This document shows positions 25,721 to 37,985 of a DNA stretch of 64,000 bases, in pieces. The translations under genes were made by a program, and so were the position numbers. The notes below the pieces were generated by a model. That model did no database searches. It saw only the letters and a list, made by a program, of their open reading frames with translations, and had not been told where the DNA came from. Within the stretch, counting starts at the first letter, position 1; the number at the start of each line of letters is the position of its first letter. The DNA is from Raillietiella orientalis (Eukaryota): assembly GCA_036172245.1 (NCBI GenBank), contig JAYWIR010000004.1, positions 930,001 through 994,000 on the forward strand, written 5' to 3'.

Positions 25721-27310
25721 GACGAGATTTGCTTTCGAGAGCCAATCTCATCAGGAGGCTGATCGTTCTGCACTGCACCAGAGGACCACCTGCATCAATG
25801 CATCTCTTGTCTTTTTCTCATCTAAAAATACCGCTATCAGAGTTAGCAGATTTGTCCATAGAATCGGAGCAGTAAATGAAGTTCTTCTCGGTATGTTAAT
25901 AAACGGCTGCAGTATTTGGACTGGGTGAGGTAGTATAATGATCATCTATTTAATTGGTAGAGTAGACGAAAGATTGTTTTGGGTGAGGTTGTCTTGTTTT
26001 ATGATTTTGAATTGAATGTTACATGAAAAATTTACAGTGAGTTTAGGGGACGAGAAGAAGATCCTTTAGAACTAGGTGTCTTTTGTCTCGTAGGATTAGG
26101 GGAACAGAAAAAAAGTGAGATTTGAAAATGTTGCCTGGGGATAAAAGAAGAATGAATTTTCACAATTAAGAGATTGGTTGTGAAGTAGTGGTAATCTTGA
26201 AGTGAAGAAAAAGTAGCCTAAGGGTACTTTTCTCTGAGAGTTCAAATCGATGTGGAAGTTTGCGACCTCGATGTTGAGTTGGGTATCCATAAGATGTAGA
26301 AGATTTATTAGGCAGTCTATTTTACTGAAGATCCTGGATGATTTCAGTTTAGATCGGCGAAAGGCAGGATTGGCCTCCATAAATGAATGAATGATGATGA
26401 ACTTTTTTAGTACGAAGAGATTGGGAAGCTGGAAAGTTTTTTAGTCAGGAAAAATTGTGAAATGTACTGATGGTGGTGATTCAGGAGGTCTTTGAGGAGT
26501 GACAGTGTAGTTGAGTGTGGCTTATGTGAATGTAACTTTGATTGAGCGTAAAATTTCAGGGCGAGCGTCATGGTAGGAGGGGTCAAATAAGGTGGAGATG
26601 CGGCTACTACAGCCTGTAAGTGACGTTTTCAAATTTTTAAATAAGGAGTATCATGGATTGGTGAATAGTAATAAGGTGGGCTATAAGTTGGGTCCTGTAA
26701 TGATGTTAGTGGTGATGGTGAAAACATGCGTGATTCATCGTAGGGATTGTATGGTGAGGAAGGGATAATGGAATTGACATTTTTTGTATGCTATTTAAGA
26801 GCATGAGGTACCAATGAGTGGGTGGACAAGAAACGGTAAGTGCAGATATATTGGAGCGTTGCGTTCTGTAGCTCTGATGATCTCTTATGAGGTGTGTGTA
26901 ATTATTATTATGTTGAGTAGGAGTGGTAGTTTATATTGGTAGGTATAAGTTAAAAGTAAGATTATCGGAATGATTGATGTTTTGTAGGTTTGGAAGATTA
27001 ACTGGGTGAATGATTGCGTGTTTAGCAGATTTTAATGTCTTGCCTTGTGATTCTTCAGAAGGTGAGTCTGGATTAGTTTCGGTAGAGAATGTAAAATATG
27101 AATGTGGAATACCTGCTTCTTTATTTTTGTCAGAATACAGATTTCTTGTTTATTGAACATTATTGGCGAAATGATCATTTATGGGGGGTGAAGCGAGGGA
27201 AGTGAAGAGTTTGAGTGTTATGTGGTGGGGAGGGTGATGCCTTGGTATCAATATGATGGGTTGATGTACACGTGCTGGAGGATTTTGCCCGGTTGTAAGT
27301 TTTGCTTCCA
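25720..27310 (-). mobile_element. Decayed Penelope-like retroelement (RT thumb + GIY-YIG remnant)
   Basis: Strong strand skew (C/A-rich minus strand). Motif remnants in PLE order: 'ESPPSVHFTIFPD' (N..HPSIKFT.E), 'KLKSSRIFSKIDCLINLLHLMDTQLNIEVANFHIDLNSQRKVPLGYF' (K..I...R..IC...L..E...I...L..NGYP), 'NTAAVY*H' (SAVAEH) and 'EKNFI...ANSDSG' (E...I...N.D.G). A CTGATGA...CGAAA core lies just after the ORF end. Confidence 0.6.
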
Positions 27311-27429
27311 GCCCTCTATTACTGTGGAAAGAAACACGTGTACCCTCTGATAGACAGACATCTTGCCTGACCTTGCTCAGGCACTAGGACCTCCCGGGCA
27401 ACGCACGCCGACATCACAGTATGAACCCA

Positions 27430-27680
27430 AAGTGTGCCAGGCACGGAGAACGTGAATTCCCCTCGCACCTGCTTATGGACTGTTGTCCTCTGGATTCTTT
27501 GGGAACGTTTTGCCACGACCCATGTGGCAACTCTTTGAAACGATTCTTCGTGTGGAGCGCAATGCCACCAGCCACTTCCTCAGCAGCTCTTTGCTCCCTT
27601 TGGTGAATTCTGGAAGCCTGAGGCCACACCAGAGGAGGACATGGGGATAGGTATGCATTTCGCCCTTTGAGATCTGAGAA
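27430..27680 (-). pseudogene. Degenerate THAP zinc-finger domain remnant (P-element-like transposase N-terminus or THAP pseudogene)
   Basis: 'LPEFTKGSKELLRKWLVALRSTRRIVSKSCHMGRGKTFPKNPED' fits the THAP pattern F..FP.D...R.KW..AIRR....VCS.HF..ED. 'FSVPGTL' in another frame resembles the AVPT box. Zn ligands are mostly lost. Confidence 0.4.
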
Positions 27681-27999
27681 GAGCAGTGAGATGGCTCCAC
27701 CTGGAACAACATGCAGCTGGGTTTTGCCGACATCCTGGAAGGGATGCAGAGGGAGCACGCCAGCAGACAGCGCTCCCTTCCCGTACTACTCAAATTGATT
27801 TCCTATGCTTTTATTTGTTTTGTTTTGTTTTGATTTCACTTTTTTACTTTTGTTTGTTCCTCTTCCTTCTGCTGCCGAGGATACCCTCGCCGGTCTGCGT
27901 ATCAGCTTCTCGGCAGGTCTCATGTTCTGTGGCCGTGACAGGACCAAGGATCTTAGTACGTGGTAATGGATGTTTATTTTATCATTGATAAATGTCACG

Positions 28000-30900
28000 G
28001 CGCACCCGGGTGGAAAAACCCTACACAGGCGGCAGCAGAGAGAAGATCGGAACCGTCAAACGTCATGCGCGCGCGTTGTTCCGCCGAAGCGGGAGAACCG
28101 CCGCGTATCCGGGTGACAGCTGCCCGACCAGCATGAATCAGGCCGTGCCCCCGTAGTGCCCGCGAAATTAAGGGACCACTGCGCAAAGACATTCCTAGAG
28201 ACAAAGCCATTTCGGCCTCTACCGAGCTGCAGGTGGAGCAGAAGGCACATCGAGGCTGTGGAACAAGGATGATCGCAAGATTTCAGTCTGAGGTTCCAAG
28301 ATTCCAAGATGTCGCTCGTCTGGAGTGCGTCGCCGGCGTGCAAGAAATCTAGAACCCTAGAGGAGGGACGAAATGCAAGAATCAAGGGTGTCTTACTCTG
28401 GAAGAATGACCCATGGCTTTCGAAGAAAAAAGAACGCGCCCCCTAAGAGGTGCAAAAGGAATGGCAACAAAAGCGCCGTTTCGAATCGATCTGCAACGTC
28501 TTTTAGAAACCAGAGAAATTGCCGTCATCATTCTCCCCAGTACAAGAAATGCCTCGCAGAGAGGGTACGGAAGACTCTGAAGCTTTGATTTTCAAATTCT
28601 CTGTAAGGAAAGCAACGAAAGTTCTTTAGGAAGGGTCCAGGCACTCGGCGCCTTTCAAAAAGAGTGCAGAGCGTCGCTTTCTGTCATTTTTTGACAGGGA
28701 ACAAGAGAATGGGAGAACTTTTCTATCCTCATTTTTTTTCCCTCTCTTTGCCTTTTCCTCTTCCTCAGCCCCACCCCGTCCCATAAACGAAATTCTTTCG
28801 AATCAGGGAACGCGGACGTGTTTTCTAGCATACAAACGACCGCCCTTATCCCTTAGAGAACTTTCTCCAGCCTCCCGAGCTATGGAAATGCCGGAAATCT
28901 CCTTCGCAAGGAATGCACGTAGGCGTTTGGGAGTTCCAGGTCGCTTTCACAGTTTCCAGGGACGGAACAATTCCTTTCCTTTAGCAAGCATCTTCCACGA
29001 AAATTTGTTCTTTCCACGCAAGTGCAGATCAGAAAATTCCGGTCTCCCGTCCCGTGAGTCAGCCAACGAAGCAACTACCGCTGGCTCCTTCCTGTATTTT
29101 TATTTTTTTTTAAGGAAAGTGGGGAGGGGGTTCCAATGCACAGCGACTTCTTCAAGGAGTATCGTGGTGCGAATTGCCTGCATTACTGATGGCTTGCCTC
29201 ACAACGAAGTGGCTTCCCAGTCCATGCATCCCTTGCTCCTTGATTTCTCAAGAACTCAGCCTCAGACTCTCAAGAGAGAAAAAGCCCACCATCGTCGCTG
29301 GCAGCCACCATTGAATCGACGCCATGATGACGATAAGCCATGACTTCCGCTCTGGTTCGCGTTCCAGGAGCGGAATGGGGACTTTGAAGACTTCAGGTGC
29401 ACCTCTTGTTTTCCTTCCTCCCCGGGTGGAGGTGGCCTCATCCTTCTGATCCTCGTGCACAAAACATGTGCCCAAGACGCGAGGAAACAGGGTGTGGATG
29501 TCACCCCGACGGACCCACGGATTTTCACAGAGCGGAGTTCCTCTTTTACCAGATGAGGCGCACACGTCCTTCTTCCGGAAGCGGGCAAACCCTGAACTTC
29601 ACAAGACGAGCCGCTTCATACCGAAACCCTGAAGCTCATCATCACTACTGCTAAATGTCTTTGGAAACCGCGACCACCGTTTCGCCGGCGTGGAAGTCTG
29701 GCAGCGTTTTCGATGTGCGAGACGCGTCCGGAGGGCAGGTCGTCTCTACGCGAAGCAAATCCTTCTGCGTGCCTGGGGACGACACCCTGCTAACGAGATG
29801 TTTCCAAATGAGGGACAGCCACGAGATGCCACCTTGCCTTAATTCCTTCCTTGCCTGGGAACGGATCTTCTTGTTCCAATCCCTTGGCGCGATCCCACTT
29901 TCTCCACAGAGCCGCTCCCCTTGCGATCGAATACCGATAACACCTGGACCCCGTCATCCGCATGCTCCAGTCATTGTTAGATGACTCGTGAACCGAGAAT
30001 CCCTCTGGGGTCCTCGTTCAGTTCCATGATCGGTCTGGAAACTCCACAGCCCCGGCGAGTGCTGCATGGTTTCTGTCAACAAAGCATCACACCTATGGAC
30101 CGTAATGGAAGCAGCCTAAGAGTACTACAGATGTCTCTTGGGCTTTGCATCTCTGGTGAAGACATCAGCGTTTCTTGCTCATAAAATCCAGCAAACAAAT
30201 TACCGCGATGTCCTTGTGCTCCAGAAGACGAGACAAAGGTGCAAACCTCAATCCTCACTCGAGAAGGCAAAGAGTTTTCAAGGTGGCAGCAGTCCCTTTC
30301 GAACATCCGGAAGATTATTGCCTCACCCCTTCTCACTACCCCTTCGCCCCATTCTTGATAAGTAGGTTCCCCACGATGGCATCCTCAAACCTTAATTATA
30401 ATGTATCCACCAGTTCAATCCAGGTTCCTTCAGCCCTCAGGATGCTGTTTCTTCTATCCACAGCACCGAGATGCGAAGTTCTTGACAGAGTCTGGAAAAG
30501 AAGCCGCGGTGGCTGCTCTACTCAGTGTAGCATCCCAGTCGGTACGTAAGTCGTCTACAGACGATTGGACACCCCAACGTTCGCCATACGGGATGCTCGA
30601 TACGATTTGGGTCACGAAAACGCGCGCGTACGCCGACCGGGTCGCTGCGCGCTGCATGAAGGGGCACCAGGCTTTCTCTTGTCGGGGCTCGATGGCGGCG
30701 GCAGGACCCGTTGCCGGAGAAGGGCAGAAATGTCCCAGCACGCCTAACATGTCCGCATGATGCCGGAGGTGCGACGGCACCGCTGCTCTCGACTATGACG
30801 GATTCTGCGTCAGAAGCTTTCAGTCATAATCCGGTGAATGGTAGTTTCTCTCCGCTGACTAAGAACGCGTACCAATTGTCCGAACCTGCGTTTTCTTTCG

Positions 30901-31650
30901 TACTGAGCAGGATGCTCCCGTCGCAACGAATATTCGTCAGTTGTACAAGACGAACCTGCCTCGAGACAGTCTAACCGATGTCTAACCGACTTATGGCAGG
31001 TGCAGTCTGATGAGCAAGAGGCGTAGCTGATGACAACTGCTGCACGTTCTCCTTCTTTCAGAGACACAACGCGCTATACTCTGAATCTGATTAACAGATT
31101 CAAGAGATTGGTCAGCACGTGCATGTGAGTCTTGTGGGAAATTTCACGGTGCCCTTGATAACACCTCTGGAACCACGTGGTCAGTCAAGTTGGATCGAAC
31201 TCTCCATGGTAGCAGGTATGCTTCGCTATTCTCCCTAGCATTAAGGCTTGCATTTCTTCCCACGCCAGCAGGGCAGCCTACATGAAGATGCAGAAACCAA
31301 TGTTTGGACGACATGGTGGCTTTGCTGTCCTGCTGCTCCCCCCATCCACCCACCCCTCCAGCAACTGCAGTTTTGCAAAATTTTGCTTTCGAGCATCCAG
31401 AATTTTCTTTGCAGACCTCAGGAGCCTCTGGGTCTCTATTCTCATTGGTCGAATGTTCAGCGCGCGCCTGTTTGCGGTCACCCCACTACTACTTCCTCGT
31501 GGATTGTGCGATGTCCTCAGATATTTCCCTAGAAACCATCCGCTGCAAACGCATGAGTTCGTGTCACGGAGCACTGAACTAAAGGGATCCCAGATGCCGG
31601 AATCTCCCGAGTACCTTCAAAAGGAAAAGAGGAGACATGGAATTTAGTCC
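28000..31650 (+). mobile_element. Decayed near-full-length non-LTR retrotransposon relic
   Basis: ORF1-like end 'KSAVSNRSATSFRNQRNCRHHSPQYKKCLAERVRKTL' (28373-28588) and C-terminal 'SFAKFCFRASRIFF...GLCDVLR' (LAKFRLS.H.L.IE.GR...C...R; 31370-31520). Confidence 0.45.
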
Positions 31651-32749
31651 GTGCATCTCCCACGATTCAATCCGGAGCCTTGCTGATCAGGAGGCTTGAA
31701 CGTGCGGCATGACCTTCAAGAGCCAGTCGAACTGGCTACTCGGAATGCCGTCAGCGTGCGCGCGCGCCCGTTCTTGCCGGGAGCTCCTTCGGCAATCGGT
31801 GCAGGGCGCGGGAGGACTCCCAGTCCCAGTTGTGTTGCTGCTGGAGGATCGCGAGTGGATATCCTGCCGTCCAGTGAACTGGAACGCTTGGCGGTAGGAA
31901 TCCGCAGACTTGGATATGCCTGGGAAGAACAACCCTCCCCAACAACTGTGCCATGAGGTCGCTTGGGGAAGTGTCCCCTGATGAGTCTCGTGGCTATGCT
32001 AGGGACCTATGCGAGACGACAAAGGCTTTGTTTCAGTGGAATGTGCAAAGATGAGACCGACTGCTAACTCGGATGACCAGAAGTGTACTCCATCCAGTTT
32101 GCGTGACTCTCCAAGTGTGAGATCATCCCCGATTCTAGGTTTATGATTCATCTGCTGGATGCAGGAGACACACACTACTCCTGCATCCAACCACAATTAA
32201 TTGGTGAACGATACTGGGATGCTGAGGATGCTTGAAATAACAATTTTGTCTATCGTAGAATGGATGAATTAAGGGATGGATGGAGAAAAAAAGATAAAAC
32301 ATTAGATGAGATTAGCTTGATTCTCATTCTTAACCAGAGAATCAGTCCGTCAATAATGAAGGAAACCAGAGATTAGGAATTTGAGTATGACGAAGGTAGG
32401 GAAAAGCAGAGTTCAGGATGAAGAGGCGTGGTCAGTTCGGTACACCGAGAGGAAATAAATCCAAGAGATCCAGGCCCAGTTCTAGTTTCATGTGGGACTC
32501 ACAAAGACCTGCATTTCCACTTCTCTTTGAAACTCGAAACCGCTTTCAGTGAATGCATGCCAACTGGCGCTTCGAAAAATTCTGCTCTTCTCGAAATCCC
32601 TATTAGACAGATCTCTATTAGGAAAAGAACTCTTCAGATGGGCAAAGCGATCCATAGAATAAATCGAGCTTTCCTGAACTTAGATCCAGTATCTGTAGCA
32701 GTTTAGGCAGGCATTCCTTAAGCAGCACTAAAACATGCTTTTTTGATGC

Positions 32750-34150
32750 TGCATGGGCTTTCTTTGTATTAAATTGCAATTATGTACTTGTGACAGTTCT
32801 GGACCTCAGTGAATTTCGGGTGGGTGAAGCAACAGTCTGTCTTAATAACATGGGAAGCAGGTTCCTGTGGCCTCTTCCTCGATGAAAAATCATTTGGACC
32901 TTACCGTGAGGAACTCTGCTAGGATTCGAAACAGTCCACGCAAGGGTCGAAGGGTATCCCTGCATACCTTGAAATCTCCATCTCAGCTTAAGCTTATCTT
33001 TCCATCTTAACATCTCAGATCTTTGAAAAACGCATATTCTGTATCACACACGCTTAACATCAACCTCCAGAGATTCGAAGTTGGATGGAAAACAGACTCC
33101 ATGAAGATTCGTTGGGTTCGAGTGGAGTCACTCGTTTTCTAGGTTTTGAAGGTTGAAAATCCCAATGAATTTGCTTTCTGTATAAAGATAAGAATAAACT
33201 GAAGTCCCAAGCAAACGTGCCTCTTTGTGTTTGCCTTTTTTCAATAATTCTGATTGCTACAAGACTCAAATCTCTTGTGCCTTTTGTGCCACGCAAAAGT
33301 GTGGACGTTGGCTTCGCAGAAGCCACCAACCGTTCCCTGTGATAATTGTGATGCTTCCAGACGACATTCACTCAAGAGCACGCATAAACGTTCAAGTTAA
33401 TTTATTTTTTTTTTCAGAGCTGCAAAACTGAAATTTCATACAGCGAATTGATACGTGAATGCAAGAAAACACTTGCATATCTAAAATAATCTAACGTACT
33501 TTTGAATCTGTAACCACTTTCTTCGTTCTCATCAATTGTATCGCGATCTAGCTGGGTTTTGATATTTTACTTTTACAATAAGGAAAGCATCAGAAAACAT
33601 AATGAATTCTTGTTTTCTCCTTCGATGGTCATGTTGTGAAAAAACCTATTCTAGAAACCAGCCAATCTACCACATACCTTGCATTAAGTTACACGTTTAT
33701 GATGGTCATGGTGTTCACATCTGCGTGAAGCAACCCACAGTTTTAAACTTTTAACCTCTCCAAATCCGGCAGTGGAGGAATTATTCCGAAGAAGCTTACG
33801 CTCATTGGTGAAAAGATTGCAAGCACCATCGACACATGAAGAGTCAGGAGAGCTCATGTTCGAGTTGATGGAAGGAAAATTTAATAGGAACCAGTAGCGA
33901 CATAAAGAGCTGGACGGTGAGCAGGCGGAAGTCCGACCGGACAAAGTTAACATGGGCACTTGAACAGAACGAGCCGAAAATCACAATCGGAGATTCGACT
34001 TTCTGATAGATGAGGAAGCAAACTGTCTCCAGCCTGAGTACAGTTCACGCAATTCAGCATGGCTCTCCCATAAAATACGCAGTCCGAAGGAAGACCATGT
34101 CCCGAGTCAGCAGCATCATGGTTATCAGGTTATTTTCTGTTCAGCGGAAA
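32750..34150 (-). mobile_element. Decayed non-LTR retrotransposon 3' half (RT to C-terminus)
   Basis: 'SCVDGACNLFTNERKLLRNNSSTAGF' (AFVDF.KAFD.V.R..LW.KL...G; ~33770-33840), 'KPTSTLLRGTKG' (P.LLYG.E; ~33290) and 'LRWRFQG' tail (~32975). Confidence 0.5.
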
Positions 34151-34399
34151 ACTTAGACCTGCAGATTCATCCCCATAATGTAGCACAACAGACAGCCTGT
34201 AAGAGTATTCCCATCAGGGACGGCATGGATCGGACGTGCAAGGGGTGCGTAGTACGGAAAGATCCTCGATCACATCCTCAATCACCGTATCGACAACCCA
34301 ACCATGGATCCGAAAGACACTACGTCTTGGTAGCTCGGATCAAGAGGACTATCCAGGAACATTGGAAGCAGATGGTTTTTAGCCCTGGAGTAGCCCCCA

Positions 34400-34810
34400 C
34401 CTTTGTCAGGATCTGATGCTCCAGGACGAAGGACTGAGCGCCCCTACTCCTTCGAGAACTCATTGGGATGGCTCTTAAGTTAATATAGAAGGAGAGCAGC
34501 TGTTGGAGACTGACTCTTGACTTCGCCTCCAAAGTGATGGTAGAATATCTTCGTAGAATACTTGGGAGATGGGATCCAAGGAACCACAAGATGGTCAAAG
34601 AGGTGAACGTCCCTAGGCCATGGGTGGAGCATAGCAACAATGAAATGGTGCTCTCGAACATCCAGTACACCTTGGGCACGCATTGGATGCATGGGTTGGA
34701 TCACCAGCTGCAAGGAAGTAACCTTCAGGAATCAGCCTCGTCAGGTGGACGAGGTACAAAGGGAATAGATTGTGACACGGAAGAAACTCCCCTTCCAGCA
34801 TTTGTTCGTA
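34400..34810 (+). mobile_element. Possible DIRS-type RNase H remnant
   Basis: 'HWDG', 'I*KESSC', 'SNNEMVLSNI' and 'HQLQGSNLQESAS' occur in the order of DIRS RNase H motifs GWGA / HIN.KEL / SDN.TVV.YIN / HIPG..N..AD. All are degenerate. Confidence 0.3.
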
Positions 34811-35496
34811 ATTAAACGTCAGTTGTAGCTTCTTGTAAGGCAAAAGAAGAAACAATAAAGTACTGGCAATGCACATATACATGTATATTTATATAAAACA
34901 CACCGTTATTGTAGGTAAAGAAAATTCCCAAACGCTTGTTAACAAAAAACCCTTATCTCTTGAAGCCTCTTCAGAAACCAAGTCTTGAAAAAATGATCAC
35001 AAAATACTGACAAAGACATGAAAAGACAATGAAAAGTTTGAGAACTTCCTACACTACGAACGATGAGAAACGACCGCAACTTCAAGTTGTAAGTGCAAGC
35101 AGTTTTCTATTTGAATTACCTACTTCCTTTATCAAATTATAACTGTTAAATACTTCAAGTGCACTTTTCCTAAAAATTTTTTAAACAATCAATGTTAAAA
35201 ATAGATAACTATCGGATATCACGATGACTTTTAATCAGGTCTGTTCACTTGAAATGATGAATTGCACTTAGTTAAACGAAAGCACACATAACCCAAATCG
35301 GCCGAACCTATGCCGAACTATATGAAAAAAACACATGGAAAAACAAAAAATCACAGTCGATTAAAATAGCTGTCAAATACTAAACTTGAATCCTAGATCT
35401 CTTAACTCGGTAGTCAAAATGATAAATTATCTTCCAATAACAGAAATGGTAACTATATCAGAATGTATGACATCCTGTATGACACATGAGACTTGG

Positions 35497-37985
35497 TTAA
35501 ACCTGCTGTAAGATATACAGAATACCAATGTTGTCAACAACTACAAGGGTGTCAAACAGTGGTGATGCCAACAGAGTGACCACAGCATTACCACGAATTA
35601 AAAAAGTTTGCAACACATGGGCCTGATGGGGAAATAAAGGCATCTTTGTTGTGAAACTGTGCTGAGCTTCATGAACACCTGATGAACGGAGTTGGAACAA
35701 CCAACTATATCGCTTCCTATCCATCTGGGAACCAAAAAGCTCACTGTTGATACTTCGCTTGTGTTGTAAACTTCGGCTTCTCTGAAAGGATGGTTGCTTG
35801 CTGCTGATTCGTTTTCCTGCTTTCACAGTGCATACTGCAATGCGGTCAGCACCCAACACAAAATAAGAACCACTGGGATCCAAAGTGAGACAACGAATTG
35901 GTCCTTTGCAAGGTTGTACTGTGCCGAGAAAGGTCACACTGTCTCCCAAACTCCAGAGCTGGAGTGATTCATTACAACGAAAACGGGACGAATCAAGCAT
36001 ACTTACTTTAACAGAACCATGGCAATCAGCAAATGCAGCTGTGGCAGCATTCTGAGATATTGCCATGACTGTAACATCTTCTGGGAATGGCATCAGCTCC
36101 ACTGGAACCCATGAACCACGGAAATGCCACATAGCTGCTCGGCTGATTGAATTGGATATGGCAAGCCATTTTCCATCACGACTTAAAACACAGTCTGTAA
36201 ACTGCGAAGGAAAATGACTGAGAGGCAGACTACATTCACTTACAAAGTATCCATTAGAACACTTGAGACTAATAACATTTTGTTGCTGACGAAGGTCCCA
36301 AAAATGTAACTGTCCAGATTGATCCCAATGGACTACCTGTTGCAGCACCACATTGAAACTAGCACCCAGAGGACAAGAGTTGCTAACTAACACTGTGATG
36401 TTGGTGTGGACATACAAAAGCTGCCAGCATACCATGTACTAGACCCTGTGAACTCACCTCTACACACAGTTTCTGCTTGCAGGCTAGCAATACATTAGCA
36501 CTACCGGCAAACTGGATTGATGTAACAGGACCACTGGTCGCTCCAGGAATTAGTAGCAAAGAATGCTGCTGGGAAATTTCCATACAGCCCATAAGCCCAA
36601 TTTCTGTGCCAAATGCCATCCACTTTGAATCAAAAATGTCAAGAGCAGTGACTCGATGCTGGAGGGATATCAAGCTTGTAGTTCCTTCCTCATCTTTTCT
36701 GGTGAGCACCTTGAGCCACCTCCCATAAATTTCATACTGACTTACTCACCTGAACTGAGTTCAAACTATCTGCAAGAACAATTAGCATATCATCTCCGTG
36801 GAAACTTCCAGAAGCCACTCCTGTGAAAGATACATGAGATTTATCCTGCCGTACTAAACGCCAAAGCATGCTTGTAAAACCAGCAGCTGACAAGAGAAAT
36901 GGCCCAGCTCCATTGTCACAATGGGTGAAAGCAAGGCATGTGATGGGATCACAATGACCAACAAATTCAGCCACAACAGCATCATCTTCTGTATCCAAAA
37001 GCAGAATCCCTCCACCAGATGTGCCCAAGGCTATGGTTCTACAGATAGAATCAGGAGCAACGGTAGCAAATGTGAGCTGCTTGTTGCCATAATGCTTGCT
37101 AATTGTTCTAACATTTTTGAGCTCCTGACCAGTAGAATATGACCAAGCCAACAATGCATGTTGATCACAAGTAAGTAGCAACTTTCCATCTGTGATACAT
37201 GAAAGGAAATAGTGCTAATAATGGTAAGGTACCTTTTAAATGCAAGTAGCGCACAGGAGTGGAGTGAGCAGAAACCTGAGTGATGCGTTCTCCATTTTGT
37301 CGCCACATATTGACCAGACCATCAGCTTGTCCAGCCAACAGCCAAAAATGGACAACATCTAACTGACAACATGTGATAGCAGAGCCACACTTTAATCTAG
37401 TTTCAATACGCTGAGTTGCAGTTTCCCAAAGCTGCAAGGCAAATGAATTTCAAGCCGAAAATTCTGCAGCATACCAAAAGAATACCATTGCTTGCTCCAG
37501 ACAAACACCATTTGAAAGAGGAATCCAGATCAAAACACAACACTTCACCACCTCGATGGCCAAGAAAAGTGAGAGTACTGTGATTAGAAGAATAGCCAGC
37601 ATCATTAGGATCAGAAAAGTGCAAGGATACTGGATACAGAGTAGGGGAAGGAGGTCGATCACTGCTTATTGAAGGAAGGATCCATAGCTTGATAGTATGG
37701 TCAGAGGAGGCAGATGCAAACTGGTCATTGGTAGGACACACAATTAGCTGACGCACAACATCTGTATGACCTTGGTACTGCTGCAACTGCATCCCACTTC
37801 CTATTTCCCACAGCTAGATATAAGGAGTCAATACACTCCTCTCATTTCAAATGCTCACCTGGATGGTGCCACTGTCATCTCCAATCAGCACACTTTGATT
37901 GGATGATGCAAATGCTGCACAACGAATTGTCCTGGCATGTCTTTGTGTCTGCAACAGGTAAGTGGGAGGGCAATGGGACTGATTG
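35497..37985 (-). other. Apaf-1 exons 8-14: WD40 beta-propellers
   Basis: Repeated GH-x(n)-D.TI.LW units across spliced exons, e.g. GDDSGTIQ|LWE, GHCDPITCLAF, DCHGSVK|LWS. Confidence 0.85.

Noticed and set aside
31696..31956. GC-rich ORF fragments with 'VVLLLEDREW' suggestive of a BEL/Pao or hAT remnant
   Set aside because: A single weak motif is insufficient to assign a family.
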